In this document: positions 1 to 10,380 of the stretch, piece by piece
Position numbering within the stretch: position 1 is the stretch's first letter
Layout of the letters: the number at the start of each line of letters is the position of its first letter
Assembly: GCA_051294375.1 (NCBI GenBank)
Contig: CM119271.1
Coordinates: 9,758,291-9,822,290 of the forward strand
Reading direction: 5' to 3'
DNA: 64,000 nt
Source of the DNA: Paraspadella gotoi
Taxonomy: Eukaryota > Animalia > Chaetognatha
Notes under the pieces: model-generated
Seen by the model: the letters and a program-made list of their open reading frames with translations, nothing else
What the model was told of the DNA's origin: nothing
The model's database searches: none
Made by a program: the position numbers and the translations under genes

Positions 1-307
1 CTGCAGGAGTCGAGGCAGCACGGCGCAGACCCGCAGCACCGTCTGTCCGCCATCGCCGGGCGACCAGGTTACGGCGCCACCCTTGGTTTCGCCGCCGCCG
101 TCTCCGCCGTCGACTCCACCGCCGTCAATCACTGGCGATGTAGGTCTCACAGAATTACAATCCATTATCAAGAGATATTTTTATTTCACAAAATAATATT
201 TTCCATAAACAATAATCCCCTTTTAGAGCTGCAATCTTCAGCGCGTCGAATGCGACGCCGCCGCTGACGCGTCGGACGACAACAATGTCGACATCCACGC
301 TGCTTAG
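1..307 (+). CDS. Last two exons of candidate Pro-rich membrane-protein gene (copy 1, 5'-truncated by the window edge)
   Basis: Exon ends at 139 (…SPPPSPPSTPPPSITGD), donor GTAGGT at 140, acceptor ccccttttag ends at 226, exon 227-307 reads SCNLQRVECDAAADASDDNNVDIHAA*. Same structure as 11919-12285. Confidence 0.45.
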
Positions 308-960
308 TTTAGATAGTATCAAGTGAATTTAGCCTGTTTCGAAATTGGTAGATTAGTTTAAATCGTTTGTTTACATGCTCCAAAGCATGTAAATATTTAG
401 ATAGTTTATATTTCGTTTGTATGTTATTCAACATGCATTTATTTAGATAGCATATTAAATTTGTTTACATGATTAACATGTAATAGATCAGTTCGTCTCG
501 TCAGTCAAGAGTCTTAATTTTAATTAAAATTCAAGTTTACCAAGGTTTTTAATTCAAGTTTAAATTCAAGTTTAAATTTAAGTTCGAGTATAAACTTAAT
601 TTATTTTTAAGTTTAAGTTTTTCTAAGGGTAATTATTTTAAATAATTAAATAAGTTTAAATTTAAGTTTTAAAGTAAAAGATTCTTAGGTTTTGAAGAAG
701 TAAAGTCGCGAGCCTGTTTGGTGGAGTATTGGATACCTCTGGCCCCAGGCAAACGTTGTTAGAACTGTAAAAAGTGTTGTCTTAAAAGTGAGCGATAACA
801 CATCAACGTAAGAACGTTTCAGAGTCAATCTCCAAGAAGCTTCTGCAAACAATAAAACAAGAAAAATAAGAGAAGAGAAAATAACAATTGAAAAGGAAAA
901 AGAATTAAATAATTAAGAAATTATAGAAAGAAAAAAGATTTTAATAAAAAGGTTTAAACA
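1..960 (+). repeat. Partial (3' half) copy of the ~2 kb gene-bearing repeat unit
   Basis: Near-identical to ~11979-12930: both start ctgcaggagtcgaggcagcacggcgcagacc and share the AT-rich aattcaagtttaa tract and agaagcttctgcaaacaataaaacaag. Confidence 0.95.
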
Positions 961-3430
961 ATTTTATAATGTTAATAGAGAGTGAACACTCTTTTCTGTT
1001 TTTTTTATTTGTAAGTAGAGAGATAATATGAATTTTGTTACATGTCATAACAAGTTATACGACCGAACGTAATATGGGTCCAGATACGGTGATTCTTATA
1101 GTTAACATCCAGTGTTCGCTGCTTCGTAAATTGTATACATAAACGTTCAGTTTTTTTCTACCTCGTTGGTGGTTGTTGCTTGGTTGTGTATTGTCGAGAT
1201 CGTCGTTCTTATCGACATGCTCGATGGGAATGGAACTGGATCGCTCGGTTTGTGCAATTCAAATCGCTCTCTTCTCAACAAGCTCGTGTCTCTGGGTACC
1301 TGGTATTGTTCGCATTTGTTTGTAAGGTGTTTCTGATGACCGAGCGCGTGGCCGCTAACCTTTTCCACCTTCGGTCCAGCGCAGGCGTTCCTCAGTGTGT
1401 ATTATTTTTGCTTATTCTTCGATCTATTCCCGATAATTACAATGCGGTCATGACTCTTTTGTCGAAAGTTGAATACAAGATTATTTCGAATGAGACTTGA
1501 CTTTGCGCGCCAATAAAATTAAGAATAAATTAACACATTAGTCGTGATATCTGTAAGAGAAATCAGAATCTGCGTAATCCAAGTTTGATCGAATCTTCTA
1601 AATGTTTCAGAAGAGCTCTACGCGAGACATTGGTTTAGTACCTTATTTTGATTGTAATTTTGTGTGTGTGCGTAGTAACAGGGTAACTAAAGGGGCGAAG
1701 GTACTATGATTGTTAAAAAGTAGTGGTTTATTTTCATAGATGTTTAAACTGTGAGCTAGCAATGTTCTATCGCAGACATTATCTCATTCGTGTCTTTTCC
1801 TCAGTATATGTGAGTGTTAGCTTGCTAAACGCCGAGCACATCTGCGTTCAATATGAAAAGATCTGGAGGTAAACATTCTAATATATTATGCATTTGGATA
1901 GCGTGATACTTTCTTCTCCATCTTTTTGCTTCTGATCTGATTTGCCACCAAGAGACTATTGTGTGGGATTGGGTGTAGGTTATTCATTAATCAATCCCGA
2001 TGTGATGCAGAGGATGAAAATATGAGGCTTCCCGAGAAAAGCGTCTCAAAGGCATTTCCCCAGTGACAGGATGTAAGAACATTCTTTTTAGCATGAATTG
2101 AAGAAAAGACAAGTCCTCTCTCTCAGTTCGAGGGATTTTTTGTTGATAAAAAAATTTCCTTGATGTGCTCCGCTCTCTCCGTATTCCAGTTAATCAAAAA
2201 CTTCCATTTTGTTTTCATTTGATTACACAGAGCGAGGAGAGAGATCCATTGAAAGCTGAAAAAGGAAAATTACAAATCGTTTTTCCATTAGAGAATGTTT
2301 TGGTTACCCTGACATTTATAATATTTCAAAATTAGTCATGAACGATTCATGAAACGTTTAACTTTGACGAAAAATAAAGTTTTGTCTTATTTCTATGAAA
2401 TATAGAAATAATCTCGTAGCTTAGTTTTCCTTCACGTTAACGTCTTAATTCTGTTTTTTATTTGTTGCTGATGTATGCTACTGTATCATTATTGATATAA
2501 AAATAATTCTCATAAGTCGCCAAGCAGGTAAAAACCACACCTATAAGCCAATAATCAAAATTGGCTTTATAAATATATTCCTCTACACCTTTTACCAACT
2601 CAATGAAGGAACTCTTAATTACGAGTCAAACTTTCTTTCTTAGACTTTTATTAATCTATAAAGGTAATTTTATTAATCTTTAATTTTATGTTCCAATTGT
2701 TAGATTTTAATTTATAATTTTACATCGCTGTGACACAGTGGGCTAGAAACAATTGCCTCGTAGCATTTCTTGTCTGCTCAGGTTAAGTCGTTTTGCAAAA
2801 CTAAATGCATGGAGATGCTTTTGCCTTTGGCATCACAATGAGATATCCTAGTGTTTTTCATACTTATTAACAATGTTATTATTAATTTCTTTATTATCAA
2901 TGAAGTTATTATATTAATTTTTTATTCAAAGTTGCAAGGATTACTTTGATTTCACTATCTTTTATTTATTCTTTTTTATGTTTAAAATAACTATTATTTA
3001 TGAGTTCATTTACTTGTTAGAATATTTTGCTAAGTGTTTAAAAATAATATTATTTATCTGTTTGGGATGGNNNNNNNNNNNNNNNNNNNNNNNNNNNNNN
3101 NNNNNNNNNNNNNNNNNNNNNNNNNNNNNNNNNNNNNNNNNNNNNNNNNNNNNNNNNNNNNNNNNNNNNNNNNNNNNNNNNNNNNNNNNNNNNNNNNNNN
3201 NNNNNNNNNNNNNNNNNNNNNNNNNNNNNNNNNNNNNNNNNNNNNNNNNNNNNNNNNNNNNNNNNNNNNNNNNNNNNNNNNNNNNNNNNNNNNNNNNNNN
3301 NNNNNNNNNNNNNNNNNNNNNNNNNNNNNNNNNNNNNNNTTGTTCATTTATTTTATTTAATTTTATTTTATATATATATTTTTTTTAAATCAGTAAACAT
3401 ATTGACCAAGAAGCTGATGGTGTTTCAGAA
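960..3430 (+). repeat. Segmental duplication of ~14770-16960
   Basis: Colinear shared blocks: atatgaggcttcccgagaaaagcgtctc (2020 vs 15534), gtcatgaac…ttgacgaaaaataaa (2335 vs 15861), tgtgacacagtgg (2729 vs 16292), ttgttcattta (3340 vs 16883). 1000-2000 aligns only loosely, with many indels. Confidence 0.85.
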
Positions 3431-4082
3431 AAAGCCAACTAGGCACAGTATAGTCTGCACTGGCCAAATTCATCAGNNNNNNNNNNNNNNNNNNNNNNNN
3501 NNNNNNNNNNNNNNNNNNNNNNNNNNNNNNNNNNNNNNNNNNNNNNNNNNNNNNNNNNNNNNNNNNNNNNNNNNNNTGCATATTGGTTAAACTGTCCAAG
3601 AGATGATTTATTATATTTGAGAATTAGGGAAATATACCGATTTCAGAATCAAATAGGTGTGAAATGAAAAGCTTAAATACTGTGGCTTAATAATTTGTTA
3701 TAGCAACTTCAGATTTTGCCCTCTGGTAGAAAAATTGCTGACGTTTTTTATTTTTCAACTCCCAGTACTCCAGCTTGCTTACTTTCTAAATTATGTGCTC
3801 GTCAATGGCATGGTTATAAGATATAAAAAAAAATTGGTTCATCGCGCGCGTTGCCGAAACCTTTTCCCAAATTTATGTCTTACATGTGAATACTTCCAGT
3901 TCGCGACGGACGCTCGGATCGAGATGGCAATTACGGGTTGATCCCGTGAATCTAGCAGTCAATCGACGGTTAATCTTGTATTGTTTTATCATTGGTAAAT
4001 TGTCTGTATATTTACATTTATTGGTATAATGTTTTTTAAAATTGAAGAGATCGTAATTATTGTTGAGTGACAGAAACACTTT

Positions 4083-4225
4083 TAAGCAGTCCCTGAGCTT
4101 TGGATCAATGTCTTTGCTGCTAGGCGAACACCTGACCATTGGGTTGAGAAAGGCGAATGACTTGCCTCAGCATCAATGACCGCTGATGAACGGTTGGTGG
4201 ATTTTAGTCCACCATAAAATTTACT
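4083..4225 (+). mobile_element. Short interspersed repeat with terminal hairpin, homologous to 36710-36911
   Basis: taagcagtccc(t/c)gagctt.ggatc…aggcgaatg.cttgcctc…ccgctgatga…tggtggattttagtccacca is shared with the 36.8 kb copy. The hairpin TGGTGGA-ttttag-TCCACCA is perfect. Confidence 0.7.
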
Positions 4226-4534
4226 TTTCAATCGTCCCCCTTTCCCCAGACTTTCGCGACTCCGGGGAAATATGCGATTTTCCCGCTGTTCGGGACAAGT
4301 TCACTTTTCTTCCCACACATAACAAATTAAATACCCAAAAATACCCAAATCTTACTGCTTATTTTAAAATATTTTTTAACCAAAATATCATGTACACCTT
4401 GCCAGAATCATTATTATACTACAATAGGGAACTTCCAAAAATATTTTAAACTTTTATGTATTAGAATAAGATTTTTCAGAAAAAACCGAGTAATTTAATT
4501 ATCTTTGATGGTTAATTAATACATTTAATTACAA

Positions 4535-4923
4535 TTACATATTTTCAGAAACATTGTCAAACCAAGTCTCAGAAGCTATCGGCGGCAGGTAATCCGGCCG
4601 GAGAAAGGAGAAGGGAACGCGGCGCCTCTTTGGCGCTTTTGCTTCGTCAGAACCTTCCAGGCACCTCCTCTTTGGCGCAGAAGCTCCCGAGTCCTCAGGC
4701 GCCNNNNNNNNNNNNNNNNNNNNNGCGGCCGAGCTAGAGGCAGTCGAAGGACGGCGCTTAGCGCCCGGAGCTGAGCTCCCGGATGCTGTCGATGATAGGA
4801 CCAACTGGGATCAGCCGTGGGCGACGCCGGCGCCCGGAGGAGCCTGGTCGGCGCCAACACCGGGCGAGGTCGGGGCAGAAGTGTCTGGGTCCAACGGTTC
4901 GTCTGGGAATGAATTCCTCCATG
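4535..4923 (-). CDS. Small GC-rich, interrupted ORF with three NLS-like motifs
   Basis: GC island in AT-rich DNA. Translation contains AKRRP, PKRRCL and PKRRRV. ATG at 4923, but one frameshift, one in-frame TGA and an N gap interrupt it. Confidence 0.3.
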
Positions 4924-5190
4924 TTGAATTTGTTTNNNNNNNNNNNNNNTTTTTTTAATAAGACAAGTAATGATCAAAATAGTAAGAAGGTAAGGACTAA
5001 AGAACTAACGGTGGTGATGAAAGCAGCAAATGATCAGAGGGGTGCCACGGGAGTGGTCATCATCCAATTGTAAACNNNNNNNNNNTTACCGCGGTCGGAG
5101 AAAGTAAAATTAACCCCCAATTGGTATTATATTATCATTAAATCACTTATTTAAGTTTTATCAGTGATAAGATTTAACTACGTATTCTAA

Positions 5191-5442
5191 TCTTTAGTCC
5201 GACGGAATCGACGTAAAGCCGAAATCCTCATTCCGGGCTAAATAGAAATTAACGGTAAATTACGGAGGCCTGACTAAGGAGAGAAAAAGGTTGATTATAG
5301 GAAACGAATTCATAAGAGAATAAGGTGATATGANNNNNNNNNNNNNNNNNNNNNNNNNAGTCAGCTCCGTAATTTACCGTTAATTTCTATTTAGCCCGGA
5401 ATGAGGATTTCGGCTTTACCGTCGATTCCGTCGGACTAAAGA
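5191..5442. repeat. Fold-back inverted repeat, ~85 bp arms
   Basis: 5191-5275 (tctttagtccgacggaatcgacg…cctgact) is the near-exact reverse complement of 5359-5442. The spacer contains an N gap. Confidence 0.9.
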
Positions 5443-5579
5443 NNNNNNNNNNNNNNNNNNNNNNNNNNNNNNNNNNNNNNNNNNNNNNNNNNNNNNNNNN
5501 NNNNNNNNNNNNNNNNNNNNNNNNNNNNNNNNNNNNNNNNNNNNNNNNNNNNNNNNNNNNNNNNNNNNNNNNNNNNNNA

Positions 5580-6545
5580 TTTTATTTCAGTAAACTAGAC
5601 GTAATTCCACGTCGATCGATACCACATTTATAGAAATCGAGCCACCAGGAAAAAAGACGATGTTTTCTCTNNNNNNNNNNNNNNNNNNNNNNNNNNNNNN
5701 NNNNNNNNNNNNNNNNNNNNNNNNNNNNNNNNNNNNNNNNNNNNNNNNNNNNNNNNNNNNNNNNNNNNNNAATTGGCCTATACATGGACAAATGGAGAAA
5801 TTAGACGAGGGGATGAGGGCCTTCCTATTGGAATGAAAACCGACTTTGGATGAACATTGATTGGTCCTCGTCAAAGTGTGGATGAAGAAACGATTGATTG
5901 CGCAAGAATGACTGCTGAATTTCTGGAAGAAGATGAACAAACCATTAGGGAAGATATCAAAAGATTGTTCTCACAAGATTTTGAGATGAACTCTAGTACC
6001 AAGAAACAGCCTTCTTTAGATGCCAAATATGGGATGTATCAAATTCGAAAATCTATCAGATTTGACCCTGACATAGGCCATTATGTCGTTGGTCTACCTT
6101 GGAAAGAAGGCAGAAGAAAAGCGGCCGAAGTTTTGAACAAACGAGATTCAAACGCCGCCGCTCTGAACAGACCGAATTCTTTGATGAAAAAGCTCAACAA
6201 AGATCCTGAAACTCGATCTCGTGTTTGGGAAGAGATGAAAAAGGAGATCGATGCTGGAAACGTCCAAAAAGTTGAACATGTTGAGACTGAAGACGGCATC
6301 CCTGAATGGAATCTACCTTTAGTCATTTCTATCCGAAAAGACAAAGACAAAGTGCGTGTATGTCACGATGCTCGTTCTGCTGTAAAAGGCAAGAGTTTGA
6401 ATGATGAACTATTGACTGATCCTGACTTGATGAATAATCTTATTAGCATTCTACTTCGTTTCCGACGTCATGAAATTGCCATAAGTGCTGACATCAAGAT
6501 GTTTTTCCACCAAATCCATGTAGATGAGAATGATGTCCACGTCAG
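5580..6545 (+). mobile_element. pol: BEL/Pao LTR-retrotransposon pol fragment (post-protease linker and N-terminal reverse transcriptase), truncated
   Basis: ORF 5857..6645 carries BEL-typical motifs YVVGLPWK, KVRVCHDA, SLNDELLTDPDLMNNLISILLRFR and ADIKMFFHQI. Just upstream PIGMKTDFG*TLIGP matches the BEL KT.LGW.L.GP motif with W changed to TGA. Similarity stops near 6545, before the YxDD box. Confidence 0.93.
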
Positions 6546-6552
6546 AGAGTTA

Positions 6553-6752
6553 GTATTTGTATGTTTCGGCACACATTTTATTATTTTCAAAACATGGCGC
6601 CGTCGTCTGCTCATGTGCCAAAACCTGCCGAGAGATGGCGCTTAAATATAATTTGTGCCAAAACCTGCCAAGAGATGGCGCTTAAATATAATTTGTGCTG
6701 AAACTTGCCGAGAGATGGCGTAGAACAAACATGGCAGTGTCGAAACTTTCCG
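6553..6752. mobile_element. MITE-like insert with internal 40 bp tandem repeats
   Basis: Imperfect terminal inverted repeats gtatgtttcggcac / gtgtcgaaactttcc. aaac(c/t)tgcc(g/a)agagatggcg recurs at 6621, 6661 and 6701 (period 40). It sits where the BEL RT is cut off. Confidence 0.6.
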
Positions 6753-6827
6753 AACGGTTTTTAATATTAAGCTAGACCTTTTATTACTTGCTTTAAGTTT
6801 TTTAACTTATTTAAAAAAAGAAATACC

Positions 6828-7471
6828 TTAAACTTTTGCCAATTGTTTGGTGTTTGACATCGCCGCCGCTGCCTTCGCTCGACGGATTCGTCTGATGGCG
6901 ATGACGAAGGCCGCCCCGACGAAGAGCCCCGTTAGTAGAGAGAACACACTGTTATTAATATATTTTTTTTACTTAATTATAATCTTTAAAGATTGCTGCA
7001 ATGATTGGAGTACCATGTCGAATTAGAGGAGGAAGAAGAGGAAGAAGTAGAGGAAGAAGAAGAAGTAGAGGAAGAAGTAGAGGAAGAAGAAGAAAGAGAA
7101 GAAGAAAAAGAAGTAGAGGAAAAAGAAAAAGAAGAAGTAGAGGAAGAAAAAAAAGAAGAAGTAGAGGAAGAAGAAGAAGAAGACGACGATGGAGACGAAG
7201 ACGCCGTCGCAGCCGTATCGCACTCTCTAGAAGAAAAAACTTATTTTGTTAATGCCTCGTCTTTTTTTTCATATATTAATTTCTAAACTAAATTACATGT
7301 TAAACATCTTAAGCGCCTTGCAGGAGCTCCCCCAGCATTGATAAGCTGCGTAAACTGTGAAATTTGGAGAAAGGTAGACTTAAGTAAAAAAAATTAACAT
7401 TTTTTTTTATTTGACTTTTTTAATTTCTTACTTTCATCGAATCCTTGCCCGCGAAACCTCTCAATGCACTT
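6828..7471 (-). CDS. Candidate spliced single-pass membrane protein: small Cys domain, Ser/Thr stalk, TM helix, basic tail (5' end unresolved)
   Basis: Exons 7471-7432, 7378-7297, 7226-7014 and 6948-6828 are joined by GT-AG introns (53, 70, 65 nt) with compatible phases. Product: KCIERFRGQGFDEIYLSPNFTVYAAYQCWGSSCKALKMFNIECDTAATASSSP(S/T-rich)NSTCVFSLLTGLFVGAAFVIAIRRIRRAKAAAAMSNTKQLAKV*. Confidence 0.6.
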
Positions 7472-7769
7472 CTAAAAAATAATAGTGAAATCTTATTACT
7501 TGACTTTTAAAGAGTATCGCATATTAGCTAGCAACATGTTTTTTTAGGAAAGATAAAGATCTATAAATTTGTTTAAAACATTGGATTAAATTGTTTTTAG
7601 TTAATAACAGTACACAAATTTTAAAAAAAAATATTTAAAAAAAACTTAAAAACTTAAAAAAAGGCATAAGTATTTTTTAATATTGATATAATGAATAAAT
7701 ATTAAAAAAAATATGATTACTAATTACTCATCCATTTTAAAAGTCATCCTCTATGAGAGTCCTTTCACA

Positions 7770-8367
7770 AAACAAGTTTGAGCAAACAATGTCGGATCTG
7801 CCTACGATAATTATTAATTTAATTTAATTAATTATTAATAGATTATTAATTAATTAATAGATTAATTAATTTAATAATAATTAATTAATTAATTATAATT
7901 AATTAAATTAATGAATTAATTATAATTTATATTCAGCTGTCATCATCGATGTCCTTAAAATTGAGTCAGGACAGTTATTAAATGTTTGTTACATTTTATC
8001 AAAAAACAAACAAATATCCTCTATTATCGAGCCAGGCGGGCAAAGCCCGTCCTGTCTAGATTTTGATTCGGTTTTAGCTTTCGGTCTCGCTTTTTTTTGC
8101 AATCATGGCTTCTGAAAATGTGGATATCATAGGGAGTTGAATTTTCATATATTTTCATATATTTTCATATTTTCATATATTTCATATATAATCATCAAGA
8201 TCTTTAAAATTCTCATGTTTCATATCAATATTCGTATTTGTTTATGTTTTATTTACAAAACAAAAACGTTTTATTATATGTCGCTCTCTCTCTCTCCTTT
8301 TTCTCCGTCACTGCTTCTTCTGATTGTCTAAAAACGAGTTCCGGCTCTGCAGCGTCTGTCAGCTTCT

Positions 8368-8400
<33 letters not shown>

Positions 8401-8710
8401 TTTTTTTACAAAAATTTTTTTAGATATAATGTGGGTTCACTAATGTAAAAAATGATGCGCGAACCTGTGCGCGAACCCGGGTCCTTTGGGTAGAGAATAG
8501 CTCACGCTTACGTGCTCGCCATAAGTACTGCTGATTCTTTAACGAGTAAAGGGGATTTAGAGCTTCTCTCTCTCTCTCTCTTTAATTATTATATATCGCT
8601 CTTTTTCTCTGCAGGGGCTGTCTCTCTCTCTCTCTCTTTTTCTCTCTCTCTCTCTGTCTCTCTGTGTGTGTTGTCCCTATCTGTCCGATCTCTGCGTGAT
8701 AGTTTTAGTG
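7770..8710 (+). repeat. ~0.9 kb dispersed repeat, second copy at ~31055-31950
   Basis: Shared ttgagcaaacaat, (ttaa)n tract, gccaggcgggcaa(a)gcccgtcctgtctagatttt, ggctctgcagcgtctgtc, tagatataatgtgggttcactaatgtaaaa and gccataagtactgctgattct. Confidence 0.9.
8447..8530 (-). pseudogene. tRNA-derived, Pol III-like segment inside the dispersed repeat
   Basis: Minus strand reads TGGCGAGCACGTAAGCG (A-box-like) … GACCCGGGTTCGCGCAC (B-box-like) … TTTTTT. No intact cloverleaf. A noisier copy lies at ~31677-31765. Confidence 0.4.
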
Positions 8711-9059
8711 TGTAGTATCTAAATAAATTAATAATACAAAACGAGTTACGTGTGGGTATTTACCTTTTAATTATTCCAGATTGATGTTAAAAAAATGGAA
8801 GCGAGGAGTTAAAATCTAATACCGCGGTAAGACGACGGAGCAGAGGGTAGAGAGAGGAGAGGAGGAATGAGAAGAAGAGCACGTAGAGTAGAGAGGAAGC
8901 CCAAAGAACAAGAACAGGGAGGAGGGGCTTCATAGCGTGCGTCCAAAATCTGGCTTCTAATTACCACATGTGGGGTAAGTTTCGTGCCCACTACCACAGA
9001 GGCACTATCACTGACTGAGGGGCTCCAAAGGTAAGTCTAAACAAATGTCACTTCAACTA
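8711..9059 (-). mobile_element. Putative 3' LTR of an env-bearing retroelement
   Basis: Begins at the env-like stop just after CAGGGGCCATA, has ATTAAA at 8771-8766 and ends …GATACTACA at 8711. That is about where homology of the flanking repeat to its 31.9 kb copy stops. No second LTR is visible. Confidence 0.4.
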
Positions 9060-10380
9060 TATGGCCCCTGGACGCAACGCTCTAAGCCTCCGGAGTACAG
9101 CTCCAGCTCTCACACGCAATGGTTTAATACATTTGATGTAGCAACACAATGCAATGGCAATAACAAATGTACAAAGCATGAAAACAATTACGGTCCCATA
9201 GATTAATATCTCGGTTGGGTCAAGCAAGTGTTTCTCTGACAGATCATCTACAGATTTCATGTCTGTTGGAATAAAGCTGTTCTCTGTAATAATTGTCAGG
9301 CAAAACAAGATTGTTTAACAAAATGAAAAATGCCATGGTTTCTAAGTTTTTCGTATGGGATAATTTGAAACTGAGGCAGATTGAAAAATATTAACAGAAT
9401 CGCCGTTTTCCGAGATAAGTTTTACACGATTGTCTTTGGGAATAAGTGCGCAGCTACGTTTGGCCTCAATAAGCTCCGATACATTAGGATTCGAAAATTC
9501 ATCAGTAGTATTCACGATTCTATAAGTCCGATCAAAATTAATTAATGCATAATCAGTTTGTTGATTAAGAAAATATTTTCTACTCCTTTTACGTAACATC
9601 TTACAATTAGTTTCATTGAAAAATAGAGATTTTATACAACGTTGTGTAGAGCTTAATAAAATATGTCCCGCTGGACAAGCCATAAATTGTGCATTTTTGA
9701 TACAATCTTTGGATGAGAACAAAACAGTGTTTTCAGAACTAACGGAATTAATCGTAACATTGGTCTCAGAAAGAAATTCAAATTTTCCATTAGGGTTGGA
9801 TTCTGAAAAATAATTTCATACGGACTTTGAACCAAGTGGTAAATGTTAAAAATAAAATGATCGGTAATTTTTGGATAAGTACACAAAAGAATTAAGAATC
9901 TATTATTGTAAGAAACCATGTCAAGTTGGGCATAATCGTAAAGTTGGGTAGGGTTTACTCGGTAGATGGTCCCCGTGAACGCATCATCCATCGTCAAGTC
10001 ACTCAAGTGTTGCGTATTAAGTAGCCTAAAAGTCAGCTTATGGTCATACACAGCACTCCGAATCGCGTTTCCATCATCAAGTACTCTTTCCGCTATCACA
10101 GTTCCGCCCAACTCAAGCAGCTCACACGCATGCACACTCTTTATCCAGATTTAAATGCTTTACAATCAGATCCGAGTGATAACCAAGCAGTGTTTGTTCA
10201 TCATAGAGAATTTTAGCATTGTTATTTAACTGAACTTCATTATGATAAAGTTTTTCTATGTAGTTACCAATCAGATTTGATACGGCTTTGCATTTGATTT
10301 GAACATTGGTATTAACAATGGTGCAATTCCCGTCGCAAATGCGTTCACCAGACCAAACAAAACAGCAAGTAGATGGTGGC
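9057..10380 (-). pseudogene. env: Class I viral fusion glycoprotein (env/F-like), about 440 codons across ~4 frameshifts
   Basis: In order: hydrophobic Gly/Ala peptide LLAVLFGLVNAFATGIA; heptad-like helix AVSNLIGNYIEKLYHNEVQLNNNAKILYDEQTLL; ORFs 9653..10135 and 9342..9722 with the Cys cluster DCIKNAQFMACPAGHILLSSTQRCIKSLFFNETNC and sequons NVT/NET/NTT; ORF 9057..9308 with TM ILIYGTVIVFMLCTFVIAIAL, then CCYIKCIK and a basic tail. Confidence 0.75.

Noticed and set aside
4178-4196. CTGATGA as a hammerhead ribozyme core (also ~36866)
   Set aside because: No downstream stem II plus GAAA and no matching stems I/III.
6614-6720. CRISPR-like regular repeats (also 32186-32300 and 51726-52095)
   Set aside because: The units are contiguous tandem repeats without unique spacers, there are no cas genes, and the context is eukaryotic.
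7001-7286. Protamine-like Arg-rich ORF (7001..7252) and poly-Glu ORF (7005..7286)
   Set aside because: Both are alternative readings of one GAA/GTA repeat. The opposite strand has a phase-consistent spliced model, so neither is supported independently.
8809-8997. ORF with YEAPPP and PSAP, resembling viral late domains
   Set aside because: Non-ATG start, lies inside the putative LTR in a CT-rich tract. Such short motifs arise by chance.
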